A stretch of DNA of 64,000 nucleotides from Takakia lepidozioides (lineage: Eukaryota > Plantae > Bryophyta): the NCBI GenBank assembly GCA_030704615.1, contig CM060732.1:32798001-32862000 (forward strand). Reading direction: 5' to 3'. Both the position numbers and the translations under genes were made by a program. The notes beneath the pieces are model-generated. The model had not been told where the DNA came from and ran no database searches. It saw only the letters and a list, made by a program, of their open reading frames with translations. Below, piece by piece: positions 28,901 through 42,071 of the stretch; the stretch's first letter is position 1, and each line of letters begins with the position of its first letter.

Positions 28901-31154
28901 CCATGTCATTCTTTTGAATTGCTTGGCTGAGGACTGCACCTAAGCTTACCCCTATGAAGTGGGAAATGGAACTCTGGAGCTTTCAAAGCTGGTGTCAGTG
29001 CCTTGGATGTGTCTTCTGTGATCAGCCATTGAACAATTACAAAGGTCTTACTTAATGCAGAGTATCCTTCAAAGCTCAGAGCAGGTATATTAGGGTGCAT
29101 ATTTGGATCACAACGGTTAGCGTTTACAGGAATTAGAATATGGTTCTGAATATATGTTGGTGGAATGTTTGTGGGGGAGCAGTTACTATCTGAAGAGCTG
29201 GTGTGTGAGCCTGAAGATATCTGTGACTTTGAACTTCAAGTTTGTGACACCCAGCCTGGTGTTCTCGGCGGGGCTCTTAAGGAGTTTGTTTTTTCTGGAC
29301 GCCTGGACAACCTCTGCATGTCTTTCTGCTCTCTGAAGGTAAGGGGAAAATACATGGCTGTCATTGAAGCTTCATGTGGAATGGGGTCTAAATTCGTGTC
29401 ATGGAGTTCTGCTGCTTGAGATATGTAAAGGGTCAGTACATTTTCTGTTCCCATTGCAGGCAACTCTGTCTCTGTCTCTCCCACCCCTACCCCGAACTAA
29501 TTGTTTATATCAGGGTAAGTCCCACCACTGGAGTGAGCCCCTCACAAAGGTAGTGTCTGTTCCTTGTTCCGCCCAGACTGGGCACTGGGTGTATGGCTAC
29601 AAGGCTACGGAAAACAGCGACTGCCCCCCCAGACCCCAATCCTGCTTATCTATGTAAATCTACGAAGCGTGTTAGTTTGAGTTGGTTTGGCATTGACTAT
29701 GGTGTCTCCAGGGTTGTAGACTTCAGACTTCTACTTGTGTCCAGGATCTTATTCAGCCTCTTTTCACACGTGTGATGTACCAATGTCTCCAGGCTCTCAT
29801 TGATGCATCATCAGACAAAGAGGCACTGGAGGAGGAGAGGGGAATCTGGATGGTGGCCCTGTTTGACCATGAAGAGGTGGGGTCCAACTCTGCGCAGGGG
29901 GCGGGGTCTCCAGTACTGGTTGATGCGCTACAGCGTGTCACTACAAATTTTGGAGAACCCTTGACCCAGGTAACTGCTAGCTTCTAAACTGGTAGGTTTA
30001 GCTGTAGCCGCTCCCTGTATTCTTGTGGAGCAACAATTGGAACAGTCGTGGTGCTGTTGCTGAACAGCCACCTTGTGGGACAGTCAGATTTGAGGTCCTC
30101 ACTCAGTAGTCTCTGGAGTGGTTTTATAGTCTCTTTGAGTCTTGATTCTTGGTAAACTGGAGTCCACCAAGTCCCGAGGTTTACATTATGCAACTTTCCA
30201 GCCATGGTGAATTCAACACTGCCATCATCTTCTTCCAAATATAGCTCATATACCCTTGGAAGCTCTTGTCAAGCATAAATGTTTGTGTAGCTTCCTTTGT
30301 TGTTTCTTGGATCTATGAAGTGAGTTTGTGGGTTTTCGGCTTTGGTGTCTAGGGTCTTGTTGAGAGAGCAATTCAGCAAAGCTTTTTGGTGTCTGCAGAC
30401 ATGGCCCACTGCTTGCATCCCAATTATCAGGTACATCTTTTCTCTTTGTCCTTGTCTTATGATTGTAACTGTACCTCTCCATTACCTTTTTGCAGGCTCT
30501 ATCCTGTGACTGGGGGTGGGGATATCATGTGTGGGGTTAGTTGCAAACTGGCATCCCTTTGCTCAGATAAGTGGGATCTGGTTTCTGTGTGGCAATGCAG
30601 GACAAGCACGAGGAGAATCACCAACCCAAGATGCATAAGGGTCTGGTGATAAAACATAATGCTAATCAGCGCTATGCCACCAATGCTATCACCGCCTTTC
30701 TTTTTCGCGAAGTAGCAAAACTTCACAACCTTCCCACACAGGTGACTCATCACACCTATGGCTCTTTCTTCTATTGTTGTCTTGATCTGGAATCCCCCTG
30801 TCAAGCACATGGACTACATACCACTGCACAAACACCTCACACTAGAGAATCTATGAACATCTTTAACAAATGGAAAGCAAGAGTTTGCAGGTCGAAGATG
30901 CTAACCTTCATTGTTTCTGTTGCGTGAAGGATTTTGTGGTGAGAAATGACATGCCATGCGGGTCTACAATAGGCCCTATTTTGGCCAGCGGTGTGGGCAT
31001 CCGCACAGTGGATGTTGGGGCGCCGCAGCTGTCCATGCACAGTGTGCGTGAAATGTGTGGCGTCGACGATGTGGCCCACTCTTACCACCATTTCAAGGCT
31101 TTCTTTGAAGAGTTTTCTTTGCTAGATGCACAACTCAAGGTTGATGAACCTTGA
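25927..31154 (+). CDS. Aspartyl aminopeptidase (peptidase M18)
   Basis: Peptides [119 protein letters not shown] across about 11 exons. Confidence 0.95.
29500..29620 (-). repeat. Dispersed intronic repeat (family of 232-456 and 7835-8038)
   Basis: GGTAAGTCCCACCACTGGAGTGAGCCCCTCACAAAGGTAGTGTCTGTT...GTTCCGCCCAGACTGGGCAC closely matches 7911-7983. Confidence 0.75.
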
Positions 31155-31654
31155 AGGATGTGAGGTCATCGACAATTCATCAGAGACTTCCAATGGCGAG
31201 CAAGGCAAAAGCCCCTAACTTCAGACAGCACACAAAAGTGCAAATGTAAAGATTTTCTAACAAAAGCACAAAAGAGACAGGGACCCTTCATAATTTGTTG
31301 GTCATGCTAATTACCAGACCAGTAAAGGTTGTCAAACCATCTTCAGAAATCAAACAATGCAACAAGCATATCCCTCTCTTTACCTCTCTACCTTCATGAC
31401 AAGCAAAGCATAGCTCCAGATATCCTCAACAACCATAGCCTTTCAAGCATCATGTTTCCATGATGGAAAAGTTGTGAGCTCTTTGCAATCTGCAATGGAA
31501 ACTGGAGCAGTGTGAATGCTGGCACATGACAGATGCTTCACAAGTAAGCTGTCAATGTCTCTAGACTTCCTTGAGGCTTCCACAATCTTCTTCAACAAAC
31601 CCCTCAATACTGAAGTTCTTGCTTGTGGATTCCAGTAGTGCGAGAGAGAATGTG

Positions 31655-32250
31655 TCATTCATTTTGCAGGATACACTCCCATTTCTCTTCTCTTTTCTTT
31701 TCTCTTCTCTTCTCTTCCTCATTAATTTCTGTGATGGATGCACACCAAAGCACATTCCCAATTCTCTTCTTTTCTCCTCTTTTCTCTTCTCTTCTCTTCC
31801 TCAATTTCTGTGATGGATGCACACCTAAGCACATTCCCAATTCTCTTCTCTTCTCTTCCTTGCTCATTCATTTCTGTGATGGATGCGCACACCTAAGCAC
31901 ATTCCCAATTCTTTTCTTTTCTTTTCTCTTTCCTCTTCTCTCCTCTTCTCTTGCTCATTCATTTCTGTGATGGATGCACACCTAAGCACATTCCCAATTC
32001 TTTTCTTTTCTTTTCTCTTTCCTCTTCTCTCCTCTTCTCTTGCTCATTCATTTCTGTGATGGATGCACACCTAAGCACATTCCCAATTCTCTTCTTTTCT
32101 TTTCTCTTTTCTCTTCTCGTCTCTTCTCTTGCTCACTCATTTCTGTGATGGATGCACACTAAAGCACATTCCCAATTCTCTTCTTTTCTCTTGTCTTCTC
32201 TTCTCTTCCTCATCATGGCTGTGATGGATGTACACCTAAGCACATTCCAA
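31655..32250. repeat. Minisatellite: seven ~40-bp conserved units separated by variable (TTCTC)-type tracts
   Basis: ATTTCTGTGATGGATGCACACCTAAGCACATTCCCAATTC at ~31725, 31804, 31870, 31961, 32050, 32139 and degenerate ~32218. Confidence 0.9.
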
Positions 32251-32483
32251 GGTCTCTTGCTTATTCTTGGCTACTTTGAAGATTTGGGTGTACAGATGGC
32301 AGGAAGGCAGTGATAGAAGGAGTGTTATCTTACTTGTGTGGAGCCCACACACAGAAACCCAAAGAGCACACGGGCCACAAACGCAGTCTCTCCCTCGTCT
32401 TCTCTCTCTCTCCATCTCTCACTAGTCCACTGAGAGTCCCACCTCACTGCAACGCACTGAGAGCAGCGGGGCTAGCTCCAGCT

Positions 32484-35214
32484 ATGGCCGCAGCAACAGC
32501 GCTTTCTCGGGCCCAGCTCTTGTCGGCTGTAGCTTCCAGCTCGGGGAGCTCCTCCAAGCTCGGTCCCGTTAGTCCCAATGCCCGGTCTCTAGCTGCCTCC
32601 TCGCTCCATGGCTGCCTTGCGGGCCTTCGCTCTGGATCCGCTCAATTCAGGCGGCAGAGTGGGCCTGTCGTGAGGGCTGCGGTGAGTGTGGAACCTCCCG
32701 CTCCCAAGCAACAACAGAAACGAAGCCAGTACGACATTCAGACCTTCACAGGATGGCTGCTAAAACAAGAACAAGTGGGAGTGATAGATGCAGAATTGAC
32801 CATTGTCTTGTCCAGCATCGCACTTGCTTGCAAGCAGATTGCGTCTCTGGTGCAGAGAGCCGGAATCTCCAATATGACGGGCGTGCAGGGAGCTGTTAAT
32901 GTGCAGGGGGAGGATCAGAAGAAGCTGGATGTTATCTCTAACGAGGTGAATTCACATTCTCTCTTTCTTGTTGGGGATGTTGCCTCAGAGGAGCTAGTGA
33001 TGTCCTCTGCCATTTTTGGAGTAAGCTTGAAGGGAATTCTTTGGGTATCTTCGCTGATTTCTTTCTCCGCCATTGTAACGCTGCAACGCTTTTCTTAACA
33101 CTTGTTGCTGTCCATCTCTAGCTCTTTGGTTCCTCCACTTTATTCTCTGGCGGATTGCTGCGTTGTCTGTCTCTTCTGCTTCTGAACCAGAGTGCTTCAG
33201 CTGCCTCTAACAGTTGTAGGAACTATACACGTCTAACTACAAGTCGAATTTTGAACAAGCTGATGTCTTTGTCCGTCATTGAATTCCCTTCGGTCAACTC
33301 GCTGTTTGATCGATTTTCCATTGGTAAATCTTCTCCGGGAAACACCTCCCCATGAGCTTTGTTTGACCTCCTCGCCTGCCTACGTTGCTATTGACTTGCT
33401 TGCACGTTTTTGGTGCGGGACGCATTATTCCAGACATAAAAAGAGGTAAGGATGGTGGAATCTATCAGAGTACTCAATGGATTCTTGGTGGGAATTCAAA
33501 CCTTTTTATTTGCCTGTTGTTGTTTGTGCCCGTTGAGGGAAGTAGCCGTATTCCCTATCATGCTCCCTTCTTACAGTCCTGTGTACCTGGATGGAATTCT
33601 CGCCCGAGCAGGTTACAACCACTATGTCTTGATATATTGAAATGGGTGGTTGCGAGCAGGTTTTCTCTAGCTGCCTTCGTTCAAGTGGGCGGACAGGCAT
33701 CATTGCTTCCGAGGAGGAAGACACACCTGTCGCTGTAGAGGAGAGTTACTCAGGCAACTACATCGTGGTGTTTGATCCCTTGGACGGCTCGTCGAATATT
33801 GATGCTGCTGTGTCGACAGGATCCATCTTTGGTATCTACAGACCCAATGAGGAGTGCCTGGCAGACCTAGGCGACAACCCCACAGTATGAATGTTCTATC
33901 CTCTTGCTTCCTTGTCATCACCTTATCTCATATGAATTCATTACTTGCCATAGTCTGGGCCCATCTCTCTGCCTTTTTCGCAGTCTTCCTCTTTAGGCTC
34001 CACTACTGCAGAGCAATGAAGCTGAGAGATGTATTCCCTTCTGGCAGTCTCCATCATTCTTTGAGTACATACTCAACTACACTTCCCAGTGGTACTGTTG
34101 GGCACATTCTGCTCGATTAACTAGTTTCTAAGATGAAAGATTGGGCAGTTAAACTCAAAAAATATTTTATGGGCAGATCCCCAACTGTTCATTAGGAAAT
34201 TTCAATAACACAAGAATCTATTAGTCAGTAGACTTCGTTCTAGCAATTACTATAGTAAGTTCTTAGGTTTCTCTTTCATGCTACAGCCGCCATCTAACCT
34301 CTTTTGTTCCCTTTACTTCCTCATTTACTTCTCTTCCTCTCTCTTTTAACTGAGTATATCATCATTTTCGCAGATGGATGATGTGGCACAGAACTGTGTT
34401 GTGAATGTGTGTCAACCAGGCAACAACCTCTTGTCTGCTGGTTACTGCATGTACTCTAGTTCTGTTATATTGGTTCTTTCTGTTGGAAAGGGAGTTTTTG
34501 GCTTCACACTTGATCCTCTTTACGGAGAATTTGTTCTCACGCACGAAGAGGTCAAAATCCCCAAGAGTGGGAAGATCTACTCCTTCAACGAAGGTAACTA
34601 TGCGCTCTGGGACGACAAACTCAAAAAGTATGTTGATGATCTGAAGGACCCAGGACCCAGCAATAAACCATACACTGCTCGTTACATTGGTAGTCTCGTA
34701 GGAGACTTTCACAGGACGATGTTGTATGGAGGGATCTATGGCTACCCACCTGATAAGAAGAGCAAGACTGGGAAGTTGAGACTCTTGTATGAGTGTGCAC
34801 CCATGAGTTACTTGGCAGAACAGGCCGGTGGAAAGGGTTCCGATGGGTACAGAAGAATTTTGGATATTGAGCCTGAGCAGGTACACCACTGATTCCAAGC
34901 TGACCTGTAAGAATGAACCTATGATCTCAAATATGATGTATCTAGCAGTTTGTTCACAGCAGACAAAGAAGAGAGCCTGGAAGATAGGATCAGAAAGAAA
35001 TGGAGAGAGAGGGAGAGAGGATGCTCTTATTTGATCTTGTCACAGATAAATTCCATCCTCAGCACCTATGTGTGGCAGAATGTGTCCAGGTTCAGTTGAA
35101 GGTAGGACTTCTCACTGGATATGTGGTGTTGTGTTGTGGCAGATACATCAAAGAGTACCGCTATTTGTTGGTAGCACAGAAGAGGTGGAGAAGCTTGAGA
35201 GATACTTAGCTTAA
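32484..35214 (+). CDS. FBP: Chloroplast fructose-1,6-bisphosphatase (thioredoxin-regulated type)
   Basis: Exons 32484-32945, 33660-33884, 34374-34880, 35143-35214. Transit peptide, GEDQKKLDVISNE, DPLDGSSN, regulatory loop EECLAD...NCVVNVCQPG, RYIGSLVGD, GKLRLLYECAPM. Confidence 0.97.
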
Positions 35215-36340
35215 CTTGTTTATACCGAGTTCAACTTTCTATCACCAGTGGCCCACAGGAAGATTGCAACTAGAGTAAAGTGGTTTCTATTAGCTCTCTG
35301 ATTGCCTTGTCTGGGGTGGGTGGGTCAGCATTGTAACATGGGTTGAGGTTCTGATCCAATTCATTGCGTTTTCACACATTCTAGGTGCGTAATTAGTCTT
35401 TTTTCATCAGGTCCACGTTAATCTCTTCTGGAGCCCCTGCAGTTTCCTCGATTTGGCGTTCTCTCATCCTTCATCTTCCTGCTCTGTAAAGCCAATTTGT
35501 ATCTTCAATTCCTTTAAGAGAAAAAGAAGCGTGCACGGAGGCCCTTCAATGGGAGAATTCCTCAATTCAATTCAATGTGAGAATGCCTCATTAATCACAG
35601 TTGGTTCCGAACAATACAATTCAGCGAACTCGATCTCTATTGCTTCGCGACATCACGAACTCTGTTCGGAAGGCCATATTGGACACATTTCAGTGTGTCA
35701 GCGTGAAGTGATAGTTTCCACTTGGCTTGGCAAGCCAATGTGTTCAGTGTAACCAAATGACTGTTTTCCTTGTATGGTACAGTCTGGCTCATGTGTATGT
35801 TGCATGTTTTAATACAGGGATCCAACTCTCTTTGTTTCAAAAGGTCCATGTGATGACTCTCTCCAAAAGAGTTTTCAGAAGAATTGCCCAGCAGCCATTC
35901 TGTTTCAATTTGTTTGCATATGGTGTCAAACTTGATTCGGGCCATCATATTGCAAGCTGATAATCTTGGCAAGTGGAAGAAAGACTCAGGGGCTTCTCAC
36001 ATTCGCCAAAGAAAAAGGGGTTATAAGTCAGACCATCATGCTTGCACCGTGTCTGCTATTGTGGTGCCTTGCTGGGAGATTTCAAGGATATTATAAATCA
36101 ATGACAATCCACTGATAAATATTCCACAAGGACGGCGGAACGTCATCTCCCTGAATTCCAAGCATCTGCGCGTGTGTGTGTGGAGCTCCTTTAAGGAGGT
36201 TGACAGGAAGAGCACAACGTGTTGGGTACCTCCTGTTTCTCTTTCATGCAATTCCTGAGCCTCCTGACTAACCCACCGCACTTGTCTTCGTAGGAAAGGG
36301 GCGTTGTGGTTTGTTTCTCTTGCCACGCAAGGCTGCCACA

Positions 36341-37379
36341 ATGTCCCTTCTCTCTTGTCCTCAACCAGTTTCTCTCTATGTGGGTTTCCCGACTGTGGGT
36401 TCCTCTTTCCCACATCATGTCCAACATAGATACGTCATCGAATCCTTCCCAAACCAAAGACTTTGCTCTCGGATCTCTGCAATCTCTGTTTCTGTTTTCT
36501 CGCAATGTGGATTGTTTGACAATGCCTCGTCGTTTTATAAAATCCGTGGTGCTAAGACCTTCGGTGGAGTTGAGAGAAGGGCCCGTGAAGGAGGAGAAAT
36601 AGGTAGATCCCGCATGTATGCGCAGGTGCAAGGGAGCTTTGACGGTGATGGACTGGCGGTGACTGATTTGCGGAATCTACCTGAAGCATCCTCGCCCCCA
36701 ATGATGGAGGAGACAAGGGATCCATTGCCGCTGGGTGATGCGGCTAAGTTATCAGAGAGGGCAGGAATAGAAAGTGTTTCTCCATCAGCTTTGTCTGAGG
36801 AAGAAGCCCGGCAAGCCCTGTTATTTGAACAAGGTAAGACAAACACTTTTCGAATTGAATTTGAGTTGTTCTGCGCTTCTCTCTTGTTTTCCTGTGATTG
36901 CTATAGCGATTTTGTCAACAAGCAATCCCTGACTGTTAAACCTCGCCCCAGGTACGTCAGCGAGGGATTCTTCAAAGAAGTCATTCGAAGGGGCCGGTCC
37001 GTCGGTCGAAGAAGCTAAGCAGGCTGCAGGGCTCTATAAACGAACTATAACTATTCCATTGAAAAAGGGGAAAGGTCGAGTGATTGCAGATATGCTTATG
37101 ATCTATGGGGGCCTGCTTGATCGACCATTTGGAAGCGGGACCATGATAGCGGCTGCCGGAGGCGCAGTGGTAGAACGTGTGCAATTGGAGGTTGAGAAAC
37201 TTCGAGGACAAGATTCTGTAGATGAGCAATTGTTGTTTGAGGTCGTTAGATTGATTCGGCTCCTGGAGATGGACTTGAAGCTCGTAAGCGCAGCTCAAAA
37301 GGAAGCAACTTTGCTAGAAAGGCTGGAGCAAGCAAAAAAGCATTGCCGACAGGCTGTTGTTTTATCGAATTCAATATAG
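36341..37379 (+). CDS. Probable chloroplast senescence-associated protein (SPA15/OSA15/AAF-like)
   Basis: Exons 36341-36833 and 36952-37379 join in frame. Transit-peptide-like N-terminus. The C-terminus RLLEMDLKLVSAAQKEATLLERLEQAKKHCRQAVVLSNS resembles the SPA15/AAF family as recalled (not searched). Confidence 0.65.
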
Positions 37380-38059
37380 ACTGCGTAGTTTAATTATCCT
37401 CCAAGCGGGTATATGATCCATCCTGGTCCCTCTTTTTCCAGTCCCATCCGTTCTATTCAGAGGACGAGGACTACAGTAGCAGTGCTGGGTAGCAGGGGCT
37501 GCACATTACCTGGTATGCAATGTCAGAGCCTATCTAGCTGGATTTCCTCAAACAATAACGAGGAACAGTCCGGCCCAGGTTGATAGTTTTGTACTAGCCT
37601 TAAAAGATACTCCTTGAGAAATGTATCTTCATAAAGCCCGGCTTGTTTTGGACTCTGATCATGTAAGTATGAGGCAAATTTTATGTATCACTTCGGTATA
37701 TGAGATGTGGGAGTTACTTCCACACTCACCCATCACAAGTTAGGCGTCTTGCGGAGGTGCAGCGAACATGTGAATGGCCACTATCTGGATTGCCAGGAGA
37801 TGAAGACTCGTCTTTGGATCTGTTATCAATTTTCCACTTGCAGCATGGTCCTCTATCAATTCCTTTGTAACATCACAGTCCTTAACATCCAGTTTTTCTA
37901 TAAGCTTGTCAACGATGCTGATGATCTGATGATCTGACCGATCTGTCTATGGATGAATTAGAATTGTAGGAAGAATCTGAGGTTTTCCTTGGGATGCCAC
38001 TAGTTTACGTATGGCTTATATCCTTTGACTTTCCTGTCTAGGTTAGCTGTTATGGATAT

Positions 38060-38180
38060 GCTTCCTTTGACGCTTTTTTCATGGTTTGTGTCTAGGGTTT
38101 GTTGAGAGAAAGCATTTCGGTGTCTGTAGACATGTCTCGCTGCTCGTGTCCGAATTATGGTTCCACTGTTATCTTTCTCC
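38060..38180 (+). pseudogene. Diverged genomic duplicate of an aspartyl aminopeptidase exon plus flanking intron
   Basis: GTGTCTAGGGTTTGTTGAGAGAAAGCATTTCGGTGTCTGTAGACATG...CCGAATTAT matches 30345-30427 GTGTCTAGGGTCTTGTTGAGAGAG...AAAGCTTTTTGGTGTCTGCAGACATG...CCCAATTAT. Confidence 0.65.
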
Positions 38181-38859
38181 CTGTTCTACGACAAATCACC
38201 AAGGGAATTGAACTTGAAAACCACAGCTTGCAGCACTACACCTTCATCCACCCACCGGGTATGTTTGGGGCCAGCTAGAGTCAGACTCGCAAATGAAAGA
38301 CTGTAAAGGTTGGGTTGTGTCAAAGAGCTCCAGATTTGTGCAAGCCTTTCTCCATGGGCCACACCCACCGAGGCCATTATACTCAGAACTCAACATCCAG
38401 CAGGAAGACATGTACTGCTAAGCACCTTCCCTCTTCAGCACGCCAAAACCTTTTCAACTTTCAGCAATTTTACTGGAATTTGGTTGCCCAGGGCCAAAGT
38501 ACACACCACATCCAGAACTCCTTGAGGATCTGCCAGGAATCCTGTGATTTGGCCTTCACCATACGGTAGTTCAATGGGATTCATCTTCCTGCATAATACA
38601 CAGTCCAAATATATTGTAAAAGACAATTAAACATATAGATTTAGCTCAATTTGCCCCCGCCATCCAGCTGAGATTTAAAGCATGTTGTATTTGATATTCC
38701 GCCGCTGTTGCTTCACAAGTAAATTACATGTGGTTCAACTACCAGTTGCCTGTCCAGGTATTGCCATTTGTCTATTGAGTTTGAGAAGCAGGTGTCTGGT
38801 CTGCTTTCAAATGCCAAGTTCAACTAGGGTTCCTGTGAGTTTGTCAGTTCTCCCACACT

Positions 38860-40263
38860 CCATTTCAAGGGGGCATTTATCATGGCTGATCAATCCAGTT
38901 ACCCTGAATATACATTCAAACATTGTGCCTTCATGCTCCTCACATTAAAGCCCTCCTCATCTTCATAGGGTTTTGTAGTTGTCATTTAGCATTGCGGAGG
39001 TGGTTGTTGAGATCTGTCATTGTCTGACTAGAAATTGATGGGTGTGAACGGTTGGCAGTCAAATGGGTGCTCTGAGACCCAGACCAAGATTTGTCTTAGC
39101 ATCTCACATTACCACCCAGTGACAACCATCCTGGAAAGGTGCGTCCAACTTGTTCATGCCCACAAAGCGAGATGGCGACTTAGAACTATACCAAGGAGGA
39201 GCATTGTGCATTTTGGCTGTCAAAACATGTACTGCTGCACCCAAGTTTGACACCAAATTTTCATCAATGAGGTACAACATTATAGTTTACTTCGAGCTGG
39301 TTATGGTTGCCAAATCTTTCAAATCGCAATGCTAAGGGTACTATAAATCAGGGACTATGACAGGGTTGAGTGTTTGATAGTGCAAAGGCGTTGTGGCAGT
39401 ACATTGATGTCATGGGAGATGGATGCCTTTGCAAAAAAGACGCAAGGCAGGGGGCATATGCAACGATGTTGAAGTAAGTTCCAACTGTTTTGAGAACACA
39501 ATAAGCCTTTGTAAGAGGTATACCAGATGCTAACAAGCAGCCGGAGCGGCATAGTATGTTGCAGTTGATGAACTTTGTGATTTACTAGCCGTTATCAGTT
39601 CACAACATAGAGTGCCTGATACTTGGTAGTAAGGGAAACATTTTGGAGCTCAATTCAAATCCAGCAAGAAGTTGTGCACAAAATCCATCCCGAAACACTG
39701 TTTTGTCGCATCAGTGAGCTAATCCCAAAGACCATGAAGACCAAAAGATGTTGGGAACAGGGAGAGGAGACATTGCTGACAACTGAAAGTGGGTTCGCTG
39801 GGGTGGGTGGCACCTTCATGAACATATGATGAAGAAAGAAGTTGAAGTCCCTGAGCTGTGGCCTGCTGCTACCACAGATGCTGAGGCTAATGATGAAGAG
39901 CAGGAGGAGGAGGATGTCGAGAGGGCTCCTCTGGCGGAGCGTCTGTTGGATGGAGCAGCTGAGAGGGTGCCATACTGGAGAACGTGCATCAGCTGCAAAT
40001 GCAGGTTTAATGCTGTCAGCTTCAATGCTGACTTCTGGTTGGCAACTCGTGCTCTCCCTGCTGCCATTGATCCGCAGCAGCTGCCACAACAGCAAGCGCT
40101 CGCAAGAGCTAGAGCAGTAGCACAGGGTAGGGTGGCAGTGCAACAACAGTCTACTGATCGTGGCTTGATTTTGTTGGCTATCGCTCTCACCGTGGTCATC
40201 ATTGCACTCTTTATGAAGAAGCGGATGAAGTCATCAGGGGTACCCGATGTTGTACCTCAGTAA
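38860..40263 (+). pseudogene. UBC32/Ube2J-like membrane-anchored E2 pseudogene
   Basis: GGIYHG*..IQLP.EYTFK..FMLLT (~38868-38945), NGCSETQTKICLSISHYHP (active-site region, ~39062-39118), QQEVVHKIH, C-terminal TM DRGLILLAIALTVVIIALFMKK. Contains stops and frameshifts. Confidence 0.75.
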
Positions 40264-41055
40264 TAGTAGGTATTGACTGTTGGGAGGCACCTGTAGGGAT
40301 TGTACACAATGCACGTTGTAGTGCTATGCCCCTCATCTTCACCTACACATGCAACCCCGACCACTGGCATCAATAGAGTTCAGTGTGGAGCTCCAACATT
40401 GGCAGCAGCAAGGCCGCCTGCATACACCCATCTGTTAGGAAACTCTCAAGTGTTGCTCATTCGCAGGGAGCAGTGACACCTTTGAAATGTCGACTCCTAC
40501 AGCAATGTATAGTGGTTGTAGTCTCGCAGGGACACATGACATTCATAGTGTTTGTTTCTGCCATGTACAATTGTGGAAGTAGACATTTTTTCCCACAGAT
40601 GGGTTCAAAGTGTATATTGAATTGAGTCACACGGTTTGTAAAAGAACTTAGTGACCTCTGTATTAGACATTTTGAGAAAAATGCACAGAAGAACACCATG
40701 TCAATGGGCAAGTTCTGCCATATCAACTGCTCCTCTATGAATTCCAGAAAGTGTGATGCCCAAGTAAATCTTAGTTAAAAGTCACAAATTTCCACGGTTT
40801 GGGTAGGCTGGGACATGTCCCACTTGATGAAAACTGTATGAAAAGAAACAAGGAGCAAGTAAGTATGAGGAGAAGAAGCCAAGAAGCCAAGATGGATAGA
40901 ATCATATAGTAAGCAGCACGGCAAGAAATTTCTTTTTGTTTTGTTTTGTTTTATTTTCTTTCCCTGTCTGCCACTGAGCTAGGGTTTTGGATAAAAGGAG
41001 CAGAGAGCTCAGTGCCTTCTCTCTCTCTGTGTCGGTGTAAGGTGGTTGAAGCGCG

Positions 41056-42071
41056 ATGGTGTCGCTCAAGCTGCAGAAGCGGCTGGCTGCCAGCGTGCTC
41101 AAGTGCGGGCAGCGGAAGGTATGGCTAGACCCAAATGAGGTGAATGAAATTTCCATGGCCAATTCACGGCAGAACATCAGGAAGCTGGTGAAGGATGGGT
41201 TTGTGATTAGAAAGCCTCAGAAAATTCACTCTCGAGCTCGCGCCCGTCGTGCTTTGGAGGCCAAGCAGAAGGGCCGGCATTCTGGCTATGGCAAGCGGCG
41301 CGGTACCAGGGAGGCTAGGCTTCCAACCAAGGTAGAATTCTTATCCCTTCCTCGTGCGCATGGATGTGGGGTGTGTTTGACTGGTTTTAGGTTTATGATT
41401 GGGTAGACACTGCATCGAAATCAGAGGTTTTATTCATGGTGTATCCTTTCGTTTGTTTTCACCAAGGATGCCTTCTCCGCATTTTTAAGTGGTTGTACAT
41501 CCTGATGCTGTAATTTGGACCTTGAAGTCCACGGGGACTTCGGTTGCCTCACAAGCCGAGCCCCTTCTTCTTTCCTCCTGCAGCTTGTTGTAGCTGTATG
41601 AATCTTCACATGAAGTTATCAATTTCCTAGATTCGGTCCAGGGGTGCCACATGAATTGGGCCTGTCCCACCTATGAGGCTTCCATTGCTAACGCAATCGC
41701 TTCCGTCGGTATTGAAGGTTCTGTGGTTGCGACGCCTGCGTGTCTTGAGACGTCTCCTCCGCAAGTATCGAGAGGCAAAGAAGATTGACAAGCATATGTA
41801 CCACGACATGTACATGAAGGTCAAGGGTAATGTATTCAAGAACAAGCGGGTGCTGATGGAGAGCATCCACAAGTCAAAGGCTGAGAAGGCGCGTGAGAAG
41901 ACTCTCTCTGACCAGTTCGAGGCCCGTCGTGCGAAGAACAAAGCTTCCCGGGGTCGGAAGATTGCCAGGCGAGAGGAGCGATTATCGCAAGGTCTGGTCA
42001 TGGAGACAACACTCGCACCTGAGTCAGATGCCCCCGCTATTCAGGCCCCCCAAAAGAAATCAAAGAAGTGA
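41056..42071 (+). CDS. RPL19: 60S ribosomal protein L19 (eL19)
   Basis: Exons 41056-41331 and 41718-42071: [18 protein letters not shown]...[19 protein letters not shown]|...[19 protein letters not shown]. Confidence 0.98.

Noticed and set aside
31655-32250. CRISPR-like repeat/spacer appearance
   Set aside because: The spacers are related low-complexity CT tracts, the context is eukaryotic and there are no cas genes.
38186-38626. Aspartic-protease-like words (YGEGQITGFL) on the minus strand
   Set aside because: No catalytic DTG/DSG motif; the similarity is too short.
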